Positions 45,780 to 56,469 of a stretch of DNA of 64,000 nt are shown here, in pieces (within the stretch, counting starts at the first letter, position 1; each line of letters begins with the position of its first letter). Source of the DNA: an uncultured Planctomycetota bacterium (lineage in GTDB: Bacteria > Planctomycetota > Planctomycetia > Gemmatales > Gemmataceae); contig CAWKHF010000002.1 in the NCBI GenBank assembly GCA_963849325.1, forward strand, positions 704,001 through 768,000, in the 5' to 3' direction. The position numbers were made by a program, and so were the translations under genes. The notes beneath the pieces are model-generated. The model saw only the letters and a list, made by a program, of their open reading frames with translations. It was not told where the DNA came from and made no database searches.

Positions 45780-46780
45780 GTGAAAGCCGCTTACATCGAA
45801 ACGACCGGCAGTCCCGATGCGATCCGTTACGGCGATCTGCCCAAGCCGGCGCCGCAGTCCGGCGAGGTACTGGTCCGCGTCGGCGCCGTGGCCGTCAACC
45901 CCATCGACTTGTACATCCGCGCCGGCACGGTGGCGATGCCGCTGCCCAAACCGTTCATCGTCGGCTGCGACCTGGCCGGCACCGTCGAGGCGGTCGGAGC
46001 ACAGGCGAGTCGCTTCAAGGTCGGCGACCGCGTCTGGGGTTCCAATCAGGGACTGCTCGGCCGGCAGGGCACGTTCGCGGAGTACGCCGCCGTGCAGGAG
46101 GAATGGCTGTATCCGACGCCGGCCGGCGTGGACGATCCGACGGCGGCGGCGACCGCCCTCGTCGGCATCACGGCCCACCTCGGACTGTTCCGCGATGCTC
46201 AGCTCGAAGGCCGGCGAAATCGTCTTCGTCAACGGCGGCACCGGCGGCGTCGGCTCGATGGTCGTGCAGATGGCCAAGGCGGTCGGGGCGAAGGTCGTCA
46301 CCACGGTCGGCTCGGCCGCCAAGGCCGAGCTGTGCCGGCAGTGGGGCGCCGACGCTGTGCTCAACTACAAGAGCGACGACATCCCTGCCCGCGTGCGCGA
46401 ATTCACGCGCGGTCAGGGCGTCAACGTCTGGTACGAGACGCAGCGCGAGCCGGACTTCCTGCGCACCGTGGACCTGATGGCCCAGCGCGGCCGTATTATC
46501 ATCATGGCGGGGCGGCAGGCACAGCCGGTCTTTCCGGTGGGTCCGTTCTATGTCAAGGGCTTGTCGCTGCACGGCTTCGCCATGTTCAACGCCACCGCCG
46601 CCGAGCAGCGCCGACTGCGCCGAGGACATCAACCGCTGGCTCGCCGACGGACGCCTCAAGCCGCTCATCGGTCGCACCTTCCCGCTGGCGCAGACCGCCG
46701 CCGCCCATCAGCTGCTCGAAGAGAACACGCTGGGCAAGGCCGGCACCTTGACGGGCAAGGTGGTGCTGACCGTGCCGTGA
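45780..46780 (+). CDS. NADPH:quinone oxidoreductase (zeta-crystallin/MDR family); frameshifts at about 46205 and 46610
   Basis: VNPIDLYIRAG, GCDLAG, FKVGDRV, GGTGGVGS, AAAHQLLE...GKVVL. Confidence 0.88.
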
Positions 46781-46996
46781 CGAAAAAAACATCAACCAGC
46801 CGCGAGGGGACGCTCGTGGCTTGTGTCGCATTCCTGCCGCATCATAATCCTCTTGCCTCATCCGAGCGGCCTTCGTCGTTTTCCCTTTCTTCTCCGCCTC
46901 TTTCGCCAACTGCGAGCTATAGTTGAATGGACTCATTTCGGACTGACAGATAGCTGTCACCGAGGGTCCGGACAGCGGAACGTCGGGGAGGGGAGA

Positions 46997-48569
46997 ATGA
47001 AGCGAAGCATTCGCTTACGCGGACTGAACGGGCCGTTCAAGGGCCAGGCGTGGGAGTCGATGGAACTTCTGCGCGTCGGCCGGCTGGGACCGCTCGAAGT
47101 CGTGCTCGACGACACCTCGGTCAGCCGCAATCATGCCGAGATCCGCCATACCGACCGCGGCTGGCGACTGCGCGACCTGGGCAGCACCAACGGCACGCGC
47201 CTCAACGGTGTCCGCCTCAGTGCCGGTCAGTGGCCCCTGCGCGTCCGCGACCTCATCCAGTTCGGCGAGGTGGCCATCGTCGTCGAGGCGCTGCACCACA
47301 CGGAGGCGGAAGGCGACCCCGAGTCGAATGAGGAGATGCGCGTCGAGGCGACGGCCAACTCGTCGTGGGACCAGGCGCTGGAAGGGCTGGCCTTCGACAG
47401 CAAGCGCTGCCCGCGCCGGCGAACAACTGCTGGCCCTGTTCCGCGCCGGCCATCACCTCGTCCACATCGAAAAGGAAGAAGACCTCCTCAACTCGATCCT
47501 CAACGATGCCGTGGCCGTGCTCGACGCCCAGCGCGGCGCCATCGTGCTGGCGGAAGGGTCGGACGACAAGCTGAAGCTCAAGGCGCTGGTCACCGGCCGC
47601 GGCGAGCCGCGCGCCATCGTCGCCGGACGCGGCGAGGCCAGCGGCCGCTTCCAGTTTAGCCAGAGCCTGGCCAACCGCTGCGTCAGCCGCGGCGAATCGA
47701 TCCTGTGTCACAAGGTCGATGAAGACCCCGAGTTGGCGATGGCCAAGAGCATCGCCGAGGGCACGATGGCCTCGGTACTGTGCGTCCTGCTGCGCACGCC
47801 GCGCAAACGCCTGGGCGTCCTGCATCTGGACCGCAGCCCCTGGCAGAAGCCGTTCACCATGGACGACCTGCACCTGGCCGACGCCCTCGCCGCCAACGTG
47901 TCGGCCGGCATCGAGTGCGCCGAACTCGTCCGCAAACAGCGCGACCTGTTCCTCGACACCATCACCATCCTCGCCCAGGCCGTCGAGATGCGCGACGAGT
48001 ACACCGGCGGCCACACCCTGCGCGTCAGCACCTACTCCATTCTGCTGGCGCAGGAGCTGAACCTGGCGCCCGGCGACATCGAGTTGATCCGCATCGGCAC
48101 ACCGTTGCACGACATCGGCAAGATCGGCATCGACGATGCCATCCTGCGCAAGCCTGATCGGCTGACGCCCGAAGAGTTCGAGGTCATGAAAACGCACACG
48201 GTCAAGGGCGCCGACATCGTGGCGACCGTGCCGGACCTGCGGCCGATCATTCCCATCGTGCGCAGCCACCACGAGCGCTGGGACGGTCGCGGCTACCCCG
48301 ATGGACTGGGCGGCGAGGCCATCTCGCCGCTGGCGCGCGTGGTGGCGCTGGCCGACGCCTTCGACGCCATGACCTCCGACCGCCCCTACCGCAAGGGCAT
48401 GGCGCCGGCCATCGCCTTCGCCGAGATCGAAAAACAGATCGGCCGGCAGTTCGACCCCACCTTTGCCCATGCCTTCCTGGGCATGCAAGAGACCATTCTC
48501 AAGGAGATGAACGTCCAGGCGTCGGTCCTCACGCCCTCCAAGCGCGTGCGCGTCCTGTCCATGGGATGA
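46997..48569 (+). CDS. FHA-GAF-HD-GYP protein; frameshift at about 47415
   Basis: VGR..SVSRNHA..DLGSTNGT (FHA); SVLCVLL..LGVLHLD (GAF); [22 protein letters not shown]. Confidence 0.88.
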
Positions 48570-48772
48570 GCCGGATGAAGAAATGCCGTCATGCGGTCGC
48601 CAATGTCCGGACGAGAGAAAAGCGTTGCATCTCCGTTACGGTGGTGTAAGATTAATCCGCAGCTGTAACGCTCGAGGTCAAGAACGCCGGCATCGATCCC
48701 GCCACCGTCGGCGAGAGGCTCCGTTAAGTCGTCAAAGTTCAGGCCGGTGGCGCCAATCGCGCAGGGAGCCTT

Positions 48773-49669
48773 ATGAGACGCAACAACGACCGAGCCTCCG
48801 GCTTCACGCTGATCGAATTGCTGGTGGTGATCGCCATCATCGCCGTGCTCATTGGCCTGCTGCTGCCCGCGGTGCAGAAGGTCCGCGGTGCCGCCGCCCG
48901 CCTCCGCTGCCAGAATAACCTCAAGCAGGTCGGCCTGGCCCTGGCCAACTACCACAACGCCTACGAAGCGTTCCCCACGGGACTGTCCGACAATACCAGC
49001 AACTATTATTATCTGAGCTGGATGTCTCGGCTTTTGCCGTTCATCGAGCAGGACAATCTTTGGCGGCTGACCCAGGCCGCCTATCAGGCGGACGGCAACA
49101 ATCCGTATCCCTGGAACAACCCGCCGCACGTCGGTCTGTCGATGGTGATGCCCGCCTACAACTGCGCCGCCGACGGCCGCGAGCTGACGGCGGCTTTCTC
49201 GCAGGGGATCCTCGTCGCCTTCACGGCGTACCTCGGCGTCAGCGGCACCAACCTGAACACCAACGATGGACTGCTGTATCTCGATTCGGCGACGCGCTAC
49301 GCCAGCATTGTCGATGGCACCAGCAACACGCTCGCCGCCGGCGAGCGGCCTCCCAGCGCCGACCTGTGGTACGGCTGGTGGTATGCCGGCGCCGGCCAGC
49401 CATCCAGTTACACCGGCTCCTGCGACGTGGTCATGGGCGTCCGCGAGATCAACATTTCGATCGGCGCTTGCCCGTCCGGCCCGTATCAATACGGACCCGG
49501 CAACCTGACGAACCAATGCGATCAATTCCACTTCTGGAGTTTGCATGAGGGCGGCTCCAACTTCCTCTTCGCCGACGGCTCGGTGCATTTTCTGGGATAC
49601 GGCTCGGCCTCCTCGGTCCTGCCGTCCCTGGCAACCATCGCCGGCAGCGAGACGGTGGGCAATTATTGA
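48773..49669 (+). CDS. DUF1559 prepilin-type N-terminal methylation protein
   Basis: GFTLIELLVVIAIIAVLIGLLLPAVQKVR, CQNNLKQ, DGTSNT, HEGGSNFLFADGSVHF. Confidence 0.95.
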   Translation: MRRNNDRASGFTLIELLVVIAIIAVLIGLLLPAVQKVRGAAARLRCQNNLKQVGLALANYHNAYEAFPTGLSDNTSNYYYLSWMSRLLPFIEQDNLWRLTQAAYQADGNNPYPWNNPPHVGLSMVMPAYNCAADGRELTAAFSQGILVAFTAYLGVSGTNLNTNDGLLYLDSATRYASIVDGTSNTLAAGERPPSADLWYGWWYAGAGQPSSYTGSCDVVMGVREINISIGACPSGPYQYGPGNLTNQCDQFHFWSLHEGGSNFLFADGSVHFLGYGSASSVLPSLATIAGSETVGNY

Positions 49670-49696
49670 GCGAACGCGCCAAGGAGAACAACGCGG

Positions 49697-49843
49697 ATGA
49701 ACCGGCGTGCCTGGTTGATCGCCCTGGCCTTGTGGTGCGGCAGCGCCCTGGCCGGCTGTGCCAAAAAGGACGAAACTTCCACGAGCAGCCGTCTGCCCAC
49801 CGACCGCTTGCCTCCCGCCTCCAGGGGCCGCATAACGAAGTGA
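49697..49843 (+). CDS. Small lipoprotein (48 aa), not in the ORF track
   Basis: AAGGAG RBS; MNRRAWLIALALWCGSALAG-CAKKDETSTSSRLPTDRLPPASRGRITK* with lipobox LAGC. Confidence 0.7.
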   Translation: MNRRAWLIALALWCGSALAGCAKKDETSTSSRLPTDRLPPASRGRITK

Positions 49844-49875
49844 CGAGGCCTTGTCATCGCCCCATCGTCCCGCAT

Positions 49876-49942
49876 CCGAGCCGCGACCGTCAGGGAGCGG
49901 GGCGCTTGAACCTCCCCCCGCTCCCTGACGGTCGCGGCTCGG
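49876..49942. repeat. REP-like palindrome, family B
   Basis: Same arms as the 29529 copy with a longer loop. Confidence 0.88.
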
Positions 49943-49994
49943 TTGGGTGCGCCCGCATCGTCCGCTCGCGCTCGTCTGTCCGAAGGATGGGACC

Positions 49995-51949
49995 ATGATG
50001 TACCGACACCTGATCCTCGGCCTGCCGGCGAACCTCCTCGCCATCGGACTGTGGCTTGCACTGTCGAATGGGGTCCACGCCGGACCATCGCTCGCCGAGC
50101 GCGGCAAGGACCACTGGGCATTTCAACCCGTCCGCGTGCCGGCGGTGCCGTCCGTTCACGATTGCGGCTGGGTGCGCTTGCCGGTCGATGCCTTCGTGCT
50201 GGCCCGTCTGGAAGCGGCAGGGCTGCGCCCCGCTCCTCCGGCCGACAAGCGCACTCTGCTGCGCCGCGTCACTTTCGACCTCATCGGCCTGCCGCCGACG
50301 CCGGCCGAGCAGCGCGCCTTTCTCGCCGACGATTCGCCGGAGGCTTTCGCCAAGGTCGTCGATCGGCTGCTGGCTCGCCCGGAGTATGGCGAACGCTGGG
50401 GCCGTCACTGGCTCGATGTGGTTCGCTATGCCGAGAGCAACGGCTACGAGCGCGATGGGACCAAGCCCAGCGCCTGGCGTTACCGCGATTATGTCCTCGA
50501 CGCCTTCAACAACGACAAGCCCTACGACCATTTCGTCCGCGAGCAGATCGCCGGCGACGAGCTGCCGGGCTGGAACGCCCAGATGCAAATCGCCACGACG
50601 TTTCTGCGCCTGGGCACCTGGGACGATGAACCGGCCAACCCGACCGTCGATCGTTACGACCAACTCGACGATGTGCTCGGCGTCACCGCGACGGCGTTCC
50701 TCGGCTTGACGCTCCGCTGCGCCCGCTGTCACCATCACAAGTTCGAGCCGTTCAGCCAGGCCGACTATTACCGGATGCTCGCTGTCTTCCAGCCGCTGCG
50801 GCGTCCGCGCATCGGTCGCAAGGAACTGGATCACCCCGTCGGCAACGACGACGAACGGGTCGGTTGGAAGGAGCGTTCGCAGGAGCCGCCCCGAGCGTAC
50901 GTCTGGTTCGAGGAGGGTCCGAAGGCCCCCGCGACGCACATCCTGAAGCGCGGCAATCCGAACATGGAGGCGGAGGAAGTGGGGCCGGGCCTGCCAGCCG
51001 TGCTGGTCCACACTCGACCGCCGCCGCCCGTGCCGCTCCCGACCTCGACCGGACGCCGGCTGTGGCTGGCTCGCTGGCTAGCCGACGAGAACAATCCCCT
51101 GACGGCGCGCGTGATGGTCAACCGCGTGTGGATGCACCATTTCGGCAAGGGGTTGGTGGCCACGCCCAACGACTTCGGCCTCATGGGCGAGCCGCCCTCG
51201 CATCCCGAGCTGCTCGACTGGCTGGCGGCGCGCTTCGTCGCCGACGGCTGGCGACTGAAGCCGATCCACCGTCTGCTGGTGCTGTCGAGCACATATCAGA
51301 CGTCGGCCGCTGCGCGGCCTCCGATGAGGATGCCGCTCGGCGACTGGCGCTGTTCGGGCGCTGGCGGCAGCGCCGGCTGGAGGCGGAGGCGGTGCGCGAC
51401 GCGGTGCTGTCGATCAGCGGCGAACTCAACGCCCAGATGCACGGGCCGAGCGTCTATCCGCCTCTGCTGCGGGCCGTGCTCGAAGGCCAGTCGCGTCCTG
51501 GTGACGGCTGGGGCAAGTCCGACGCCCGCCAGTCGGCCCGCCGCAGCATCTACGTCTTCGCCAAGCGCTCACTGGCCCTGCCGGAATTGGAACTGCTCGA
51601 TGCGCCGGATACCACTTCTTCCTGCGAGCAGCGTCTGCCTTCAACGACGGCGCCGCAGGCGCTGACGTTCCTCAATGGCGCCTTCATGCACGAGCAGGCG
51701 GCGTATCTGGCCGCGCGTTTGCGGCGCGAGGCCGGCGCGGAAGACAGCGCTCGGCTTCGGTTGGCCTTCGAGTTGGTCCTTTGCCGGCCGCCTTCCGCCG
51801 AGGAACTGCAATTAGCCGAGACGTTCCTGGCGCGGCAACAACGCCAGATCGAATCCGAGGAGAAGCCAGCGGGTGACAGTCGGCAGCGTGCGTTGGCGGC
51901 GTTCTGTCTTGTGCTGTTGAACACGAATGAATTCGTTTATCCGGGCTGA
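49995..51949 (+). CDS. DUF1549/DUF1553 (PSD1) protein; frameshift at about 51320
   Basis: HWAFQP, LLRRVTFDLIGLPPT, YGERWGRHWLDVVRYAES, CARCHHHK, NPLTARVMVNRVW, RRLEAEAVRD, LLNTNEF. Confidence 0.92.
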
Positions 51950-51988
51950 TCTCGGCTCCTGCCTGCTTTCGGGGAGCGCGGAGGCTCG

Positions 51989-52432
51989 TTATGCCTGCAT
52001 ACGCCCTAACGCCGCGGTGCAAGGGTAGCGATTCATTCCCTGGAGCGTTTGTCGTTCCAGTAGCCGCTCATTGCTGTTGAATGCCAGGATCCCAGCGGTG
52101 ACGGCACCGATCATCGTCCTCCCCTCGATCCGGCTCCCCGCCAAGACAAAATGATCGGACCAACGATCCGTGCGGGGGTTGAAGAAGCGGACGAAATCTC
52201 CACTCTCCCAGTGGATCGATCCGACATCACTGCCCTTCGCTTGGTTGCAGAAAACGCAGGCGTAAGCCAAGTTGTCCGCCGCTGTCGGCCCGCCGTGCTT
52301 CTCACTGATAATGTGATCGACTTCACAGCCGTAGAAGGTGTCTTCCTCGGCGATCAGACAATACTCGCAGAGACCTTCGGAGCGTGCCATCACCAGGCGG
52401 CGCAACTCCGCGTTGATATAGGTGGCGGACAT
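51989..52432 (-). CDS. HNH endonuclease
   Basis: CEYC...EVDHIISEKHGG....NLAYACVFCNQAKG, FNPRTDRWSDHF. Confidence 0.9.
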   Translation of the reverse strand: MSATYINAELRRLVMARSEGLCEYCLIAEEDTFYGCEVDHIISEKHGGPTAADNLAYACVFCNQAKGSDVGSIHWESGDFVRFFNPRTDRWSDHFVLAGSRIEGRTMIGAVTAGILAFNSNERLLERQTLQGMNRYPCTAALGRMQA

Positions 52433-52437
52433 ACCGG

Positions 52438-52674
52438 CTACCCTGGGGCGAGACGCTGGCGGGCACGGGCCTTGGCCAAGCGCATCAGGTGCTCCATCTG
52501 GAGATATTGACTCAGCTCCGCCGTCTCGTCCGAGGACAAGGAGGTGGCCTTCTGACGGCGAATCAATTCCGCGACTCGTGCCTTGACAGCATCCGAGGGA
52601 CGGAAGTCGATGACGCCTTGGGGTGTCGTGCCCCCGGCGATGAAATCCACGAACTCTTCGTAGGCGAGAATCAT
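52438..52674 (-). CDS. Small helical protein upstream of HNH (antitoxin-like)
   Basis: 78 aa, MILAYEEFVDFIAGG...MRLAKARAR; 5 nt from the HNH start; GGAG RBS. Confidence 0.7.
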   Translation of the reverse strand: MILAYEEFVDFIAGGTTPQGVIDFRPSDAVKARVAELIRRQKATSLSSDETAELSQYLQMEHLMRLAKARARQRLAPG

Positions 52675-52705
52675 GGTACTCACTCCGTTTGCCGGCAACG
52701 CGGCG

Positions 52706-53056
52706 TCAATCCTCGGACCCGACGCGGCGAGCATACAGCCAACTCTCGATGGCCGGAACCAGCACGACGAGCGGAGCCAAGGCGATGAGGACGATGGCCC
52801 AGACGTGGGTGTTCAGGGGTAAGAAGAAAGTCACGACACCGATCCCGATCAGGGGCATGGACCACACGATTAGCCGCTTGGCTCCATAGCGATTGATATC
52901 GAGCCAGGCCTCTTCGGATCGGAACGCCTCGGGGAAGCGGACGCCGTAGAAGATGTTCCGCTTCACTTTGCCCTGGAGGAGAGGCAGAGCGAGGAGGACG
53001 GACACCAGGCCGCAGATGAGGTTGCTGATCCCGAGAATGACAGCGATGAGATCCAT
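52706..53056 (-). CDS. SdpI family membrane immunity-like protein
   Basis: KVKRNIFYGVRFPEAFRSEEAWLDINRYGAK between TM helices. Confidence 0.8.
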   Translation of the reverse strand: MDLIAVILGISNLICGLVSVLLALPLLQGKVKRNIFYGVRFPEAFRSEEAWLDINRYGAKRLIVWSMPLIGIGVVTFFLPLNTHVWAIVLIALAPLVVLVPAIESWLYARRVGSED

Positions 53057-53066
53057 GACGACCTCC

Positions 53067-53166
53067 ACCGAACAACCAGCTCAGCAGCCGGGGCCGCCCG
53101 CAAGACCGTGGCGCTACACAGAATGCCGTTCTGCGGCCGCGGTCAGGCGCAGCGGCTTGTTTCGGC
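53067..53166 (-). other. Integron attC-like recombination site
   Basis: Minus strand GCCGAAAC-AAGCCGCTGCGCCTGACCGCGGCCGC...GCGGCCCCGGCTGCTGAGCTGGTT-GTTCGGT: imperfect hairpin, R''/R'-like ends, 5 nt after a stop and directly before an RBS. Confidence 0.65.
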
Positions 53167-53171
53167 GGGCC

Positions 53172-53590
53172 TTACTTCGCCGCCGCCCGCCACCGCCCAA
53201 TCAATTCCGCTGGCGGCTCGCCGCCTTCCGCCATCCTCCAGTAGGCCGCCGCCCACTGGAGGACCGCCGCCCGCTGGGCCGGGGTGAATTGGTCCGGGCA
53301 CAGCCCCCGTCCGCCAGAGCCGACTGCACCGAGACGCCCTGGCTCCCCGACGACGAAGTGAGGGCCACGATCATGTACGCGGGCAGGTAGTACGCCTGGG
53401 CGGCCTCCGTCAAGAGCGGGTAGGTGTCGTGACAGTACGCCGGGAAGTCCTCGGCCACATCCTCCCACGCCCGGCCGCCGAGGACGGCATCGACCTTATC
53501 GCACTCGTGACAACGGTGGCCGGTCAACGGCCGCGCCGGTGGGCGCCCACCGGAGAAGGCGCCGTGGATCAATCGACGTAACTCGTCCAT
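53172..53590 (-). CDS. Hypothetical protein (DUF6714-like); frameshift at about 53290
   Basis: LIHGAF...CHEC...W...LLTEAAQAYYLPAYM; continues FTPAQRAAVLQW in another frame. Confidence 0.55.
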
Positions 53591-53844
53591 CCTTGATCCC
53601 CTTCGCCGAACCTCTGTTTCTACTGCTTCCGACAGTATATCATCGGTGATCCGGTTCCTTCCATCAAGCATCTCCGACGCACATACTTCCACCCGAGCAG
53701 AATGCGGGACTGGCGGAATGGCTCTTCATCGACGTAACCGCTTGCACGGGGGCATGGCCGCTTCCATAATGGGCGGAAGACTCTGGGGAGCAATCTTCTC
53801 GCCCTCAAGGCCGGACGTCGGCGTCCCGACAGGAGAGAAAGTCC

Positions 53845-55332
53845 ATGTTGCCGCATCTCCATCATGAGGAGGCATTCGCACCAGCGACGACGCCCTGTGG
53901 GCGGACGCGGCGCGAATTCCTCTGGGAAACCGGCGGCGGCTTCACCGGGCTGGCGCTGACGGCGCTCCTCAGCGCGGACGGCTTCTTCAACCGCAGGTCT
54001 TTCGCGGCCGAGACCACGGCGACGAGTGACAATTCATTGACACCACGCAGGCCGCATCACGCCGCGCGGGCGAAAGCGGTCATCTGTCTGTTCATGTACG
54101 GCGGAGTCAGCCAGGTCGATACCTGGGATCCCAAGCCGGAGTTGAGCCGGCATAGCGGCCAGCCCATGCCGAACCTCGACCGCGATCCGTTGTTCAAGGT
54201 CCGCAAGCCGGGCACTCTCCTCGGCTCCTCGCGCACCTTCCGCAAACACGGCCAGTCCGGCATCGAGGTATCTGATTTTTTTCCGCACCTCGCTCGCCGC
54301 GTCGATGACCTCGCCGTTATCCGCGGCACCTACGCGGACAGTTTCGCCCACGGCTCCGGCCTGTTGCAGATGAACACCGGCTATCTGCAACAGGGTTATC
54401 CGTGCCTCGGCTCGTGGGTCAGCTACGGCCTGGGCACGTTCAATCAGAACCTGCCGGCGTTCGTCGTCCTGCTCGACGCGCGCGGCGGACCCATCTCCGG
54501 CCCGCCCAACTGGGGCGCCGGTTTCATGCCGGCCGCCCACCAGGGCACGCAGCTGCGCGTCAACGGCGACCCCATCCTCAACCTGTCGCCGCCGGCCGGC
54601 GTCAGCCCGGCCCAGCAGCGCAACCAGCTCGATTTACTCACCCAGCTCAATCGCCAACATCAGCGCGCCACGCCGGACAACAGCGAACTGGCGGCCCGCA
54701 TCGCTGCTTATGAGTTGGCCTTCCGCATGCAGGCCAGCGCCACCGAGGCGGTGGACCTGTCCCGAGAGACGGAGACGACCAAGCGACTCTACGGCCTGGA
54801 CCAACCGTTGACCGAAAAGTTTGGCCGGCGCTGTCTGCTGGCGCGGAGACTGGTCGAGCGCGGTGTGCGCTTCGTCCAGGTCTACTCCGGCGGCGGCCAC
54901 AGTGACGAGACCTGGGACGCTCACGGCGACGTGGTCAAGAACCATACCCTGCACTGCGGCGAGACCGATCAACCCATCGCTGCCCTGCTCACTGATCTCA
55001 AGCAGCGCGGCCTGCTCGATGACACCCTGGTCGTCTGGACCAGCGAGTTTGGCCGCACGCCGACCGGGCAGAACGGCAAGGGCCGCGACCACAGCCCGCG
55101 CGGCTTCACGACCTGGCTGGCCGGCGGCGGTATCAAAGGCGGCCAGGTCTACGGCGCCACTGACGAGTTTGGCTATGCCGCTGTCGAGAACAAGGTCCAC
55201 GTCCACGATCTGCACGCGACCATCCTGCACCTGCTCGGCTTCGACCACGAGCGCCTGACGTATTTCCACGGCGGACGCCAACATCGCCTCACCGACGTTT
55301 CCGGGCAGGTGGTGGAAGACCTTCTCACCTGA
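53845..55332 (+). CDS. DUF1501 family protein with Tat-like leader
   Basis: TRREFL, VICLFMYGGVSQVDTWDPKP, CLLARRLVERGVRFVQV, SEFGRTP, VHDLHATILHLLG. Confidence 0.93.
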   Translation: MLPHLHHEEAFAPATTPCGRTRREFLWETGGGFTGLALTALLSADGFFNRRSFAAETTATSDNSLTPRRPHHAARAKAVICLFMYGGVSQVDTWDPKPELSRHSGQPMPNLDRDPLFKVRKPGTLLGSSRTFRKHGQSGIEVSDFFPHLARRVDDLAVIRGTYADSFAHGSGLLQMNTGYLQQGYPCLGSWVSYGLGTFNQNLPAFVVLLDARGGPISGPPNWGAGFMPAAHQGTQLRVNGDPILNLSPPAGVSPAQQRNQLDLLTQLNRQHQRATPDNSELAARIAAYELAFRMQASATEAVDLSRETETTKRLYGLDQPLTEKFGRRCLLARRLVERGVRFVQVYSGGGHSDETWDAHGDVVKNHTLHCGETDQPIAALLTDLKQRGLLDDTLVVWTSEFGRTPTGQNGKGRDHSPRGFTTWLAGGGIKGGQVYGATDEFGYAAVENKVHVHDLHATILHLLGFDHERLTYFHGGRQHRLTDVSGQVVEDLLT

Positions 55333-55378
55333 GCCGCTTGCGACTTGGCGTAACCCTGTTCGATTCAAGGAGAACATC

Positions 55379-56313
55379 ATGCGAAGCCAACAGCTCCTCC
55401 TGCGAGGAGCACTCCTCGCCACCGTGCTCGGCCTGGCCGGCTCCGGCTGGCTGCTGCAGGCGGCGGACGTCGATCCCTACGACCAGTCCGGCGTACCGCT
55501 GGAGAAGCAGCCGAGCGACCCGACGCAAACGAAGATCGTCCTCGTGGCCGGTCGCCAGAGCCACGGACCCGGCGAACACGAGTTCTTCGCCGGCTGCGCC
55601 TGCTCATGAAGATGCTTCAGCAGACCTCGGGCATCGCTCCGGTGATGGCCCGCGACGGCTGGCCGAAGGACCCCAAGACCTTCGAGGGCGCCAAGTCAGT
55701 CGTCTTCTACATGGACGGCGGCGGCGGTCATCCGATCATCCAGAAGGACCACCGCGACGTGGTGCAAAAGTTGATGGATCAGGGCGTCGGCTTCGTCAAC
55801 CTGCACTACGCCGTCGAGTATCCCAAGAGCCAGAGCAATCACGTCCTCCAGTGGCTGGGCGGTTACTACGAAACCGGCTACTCGACCAATCCGCACTGGA
55901 AGGCCGACATCGAGAAGTTGCCCGAACACCCGATCACGCGCGGCGTCAAGCCGTTTAGCCTCAACGACGAGTGGTACTTCAACATCCGCTTCAAGCCCGA
56001 ACTGAACGGCGTGACGCCGATCCTCAAGGCGGCGCCGCCCGACAACAAGCGCGGGACCGCGGCGGCCAAGGAGCACAAGGGCCGCGAGGAGATCCTCGCC
56101 TGGGCGTTCGATCGCGCCAACGGCGGCCGTTCGTTCGGCTTCACCGGCGGCCACTTCCACAAAAACTGGGGCGATGAAAACTTCCGCCGTCTCGTCGTCA
56201 ACGCCATCTTGTGGACGGCCAAGATCGAAGTTCCCAGGGACGGCGCCAAGGTCGAGATGAGTGCGGACGAGCTGAACCGCAACCTCGATCGCAAACCCGG
56301 CAAGCGGAAGTGA
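55379..56313 (+). CDS. ThuA-domain (class I glutamine amidotransferase-like) exported protein; frameshift at about 55600
   Basis: KIVLVAG..SHGPGEHEF, HPITRGV, DEWYF, GRSFGFTGGHFH. Confidence 0.85.
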
Positions 56314-56326
56314 AGACCTCATCAAT

Positions 56327-56469
56327 CACCACGGAAAACACGGAAAAAAGACAATAGACAAAAGACAAAAGGGAGAGAAGAGAGAACTGACGCCATGAAC
56401 AAACTTTCCTCTAGCCATCCGATATGGTTTTTTTGTCTTTTTTCCGTGTTTTCCGTGTTTTCCGTGGTG
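56327..56469. mobile_element. MITE-like element, family C variant (CACGGAAAA subrepeats), overlapping a gene start
   Basis: CACCACGGAAAACACGGAAAAAAGACAA...TTGTCTTTTTTCCGTGTTTTCCGTGTTTTCCGTGGTG. Confidence 0.65.
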
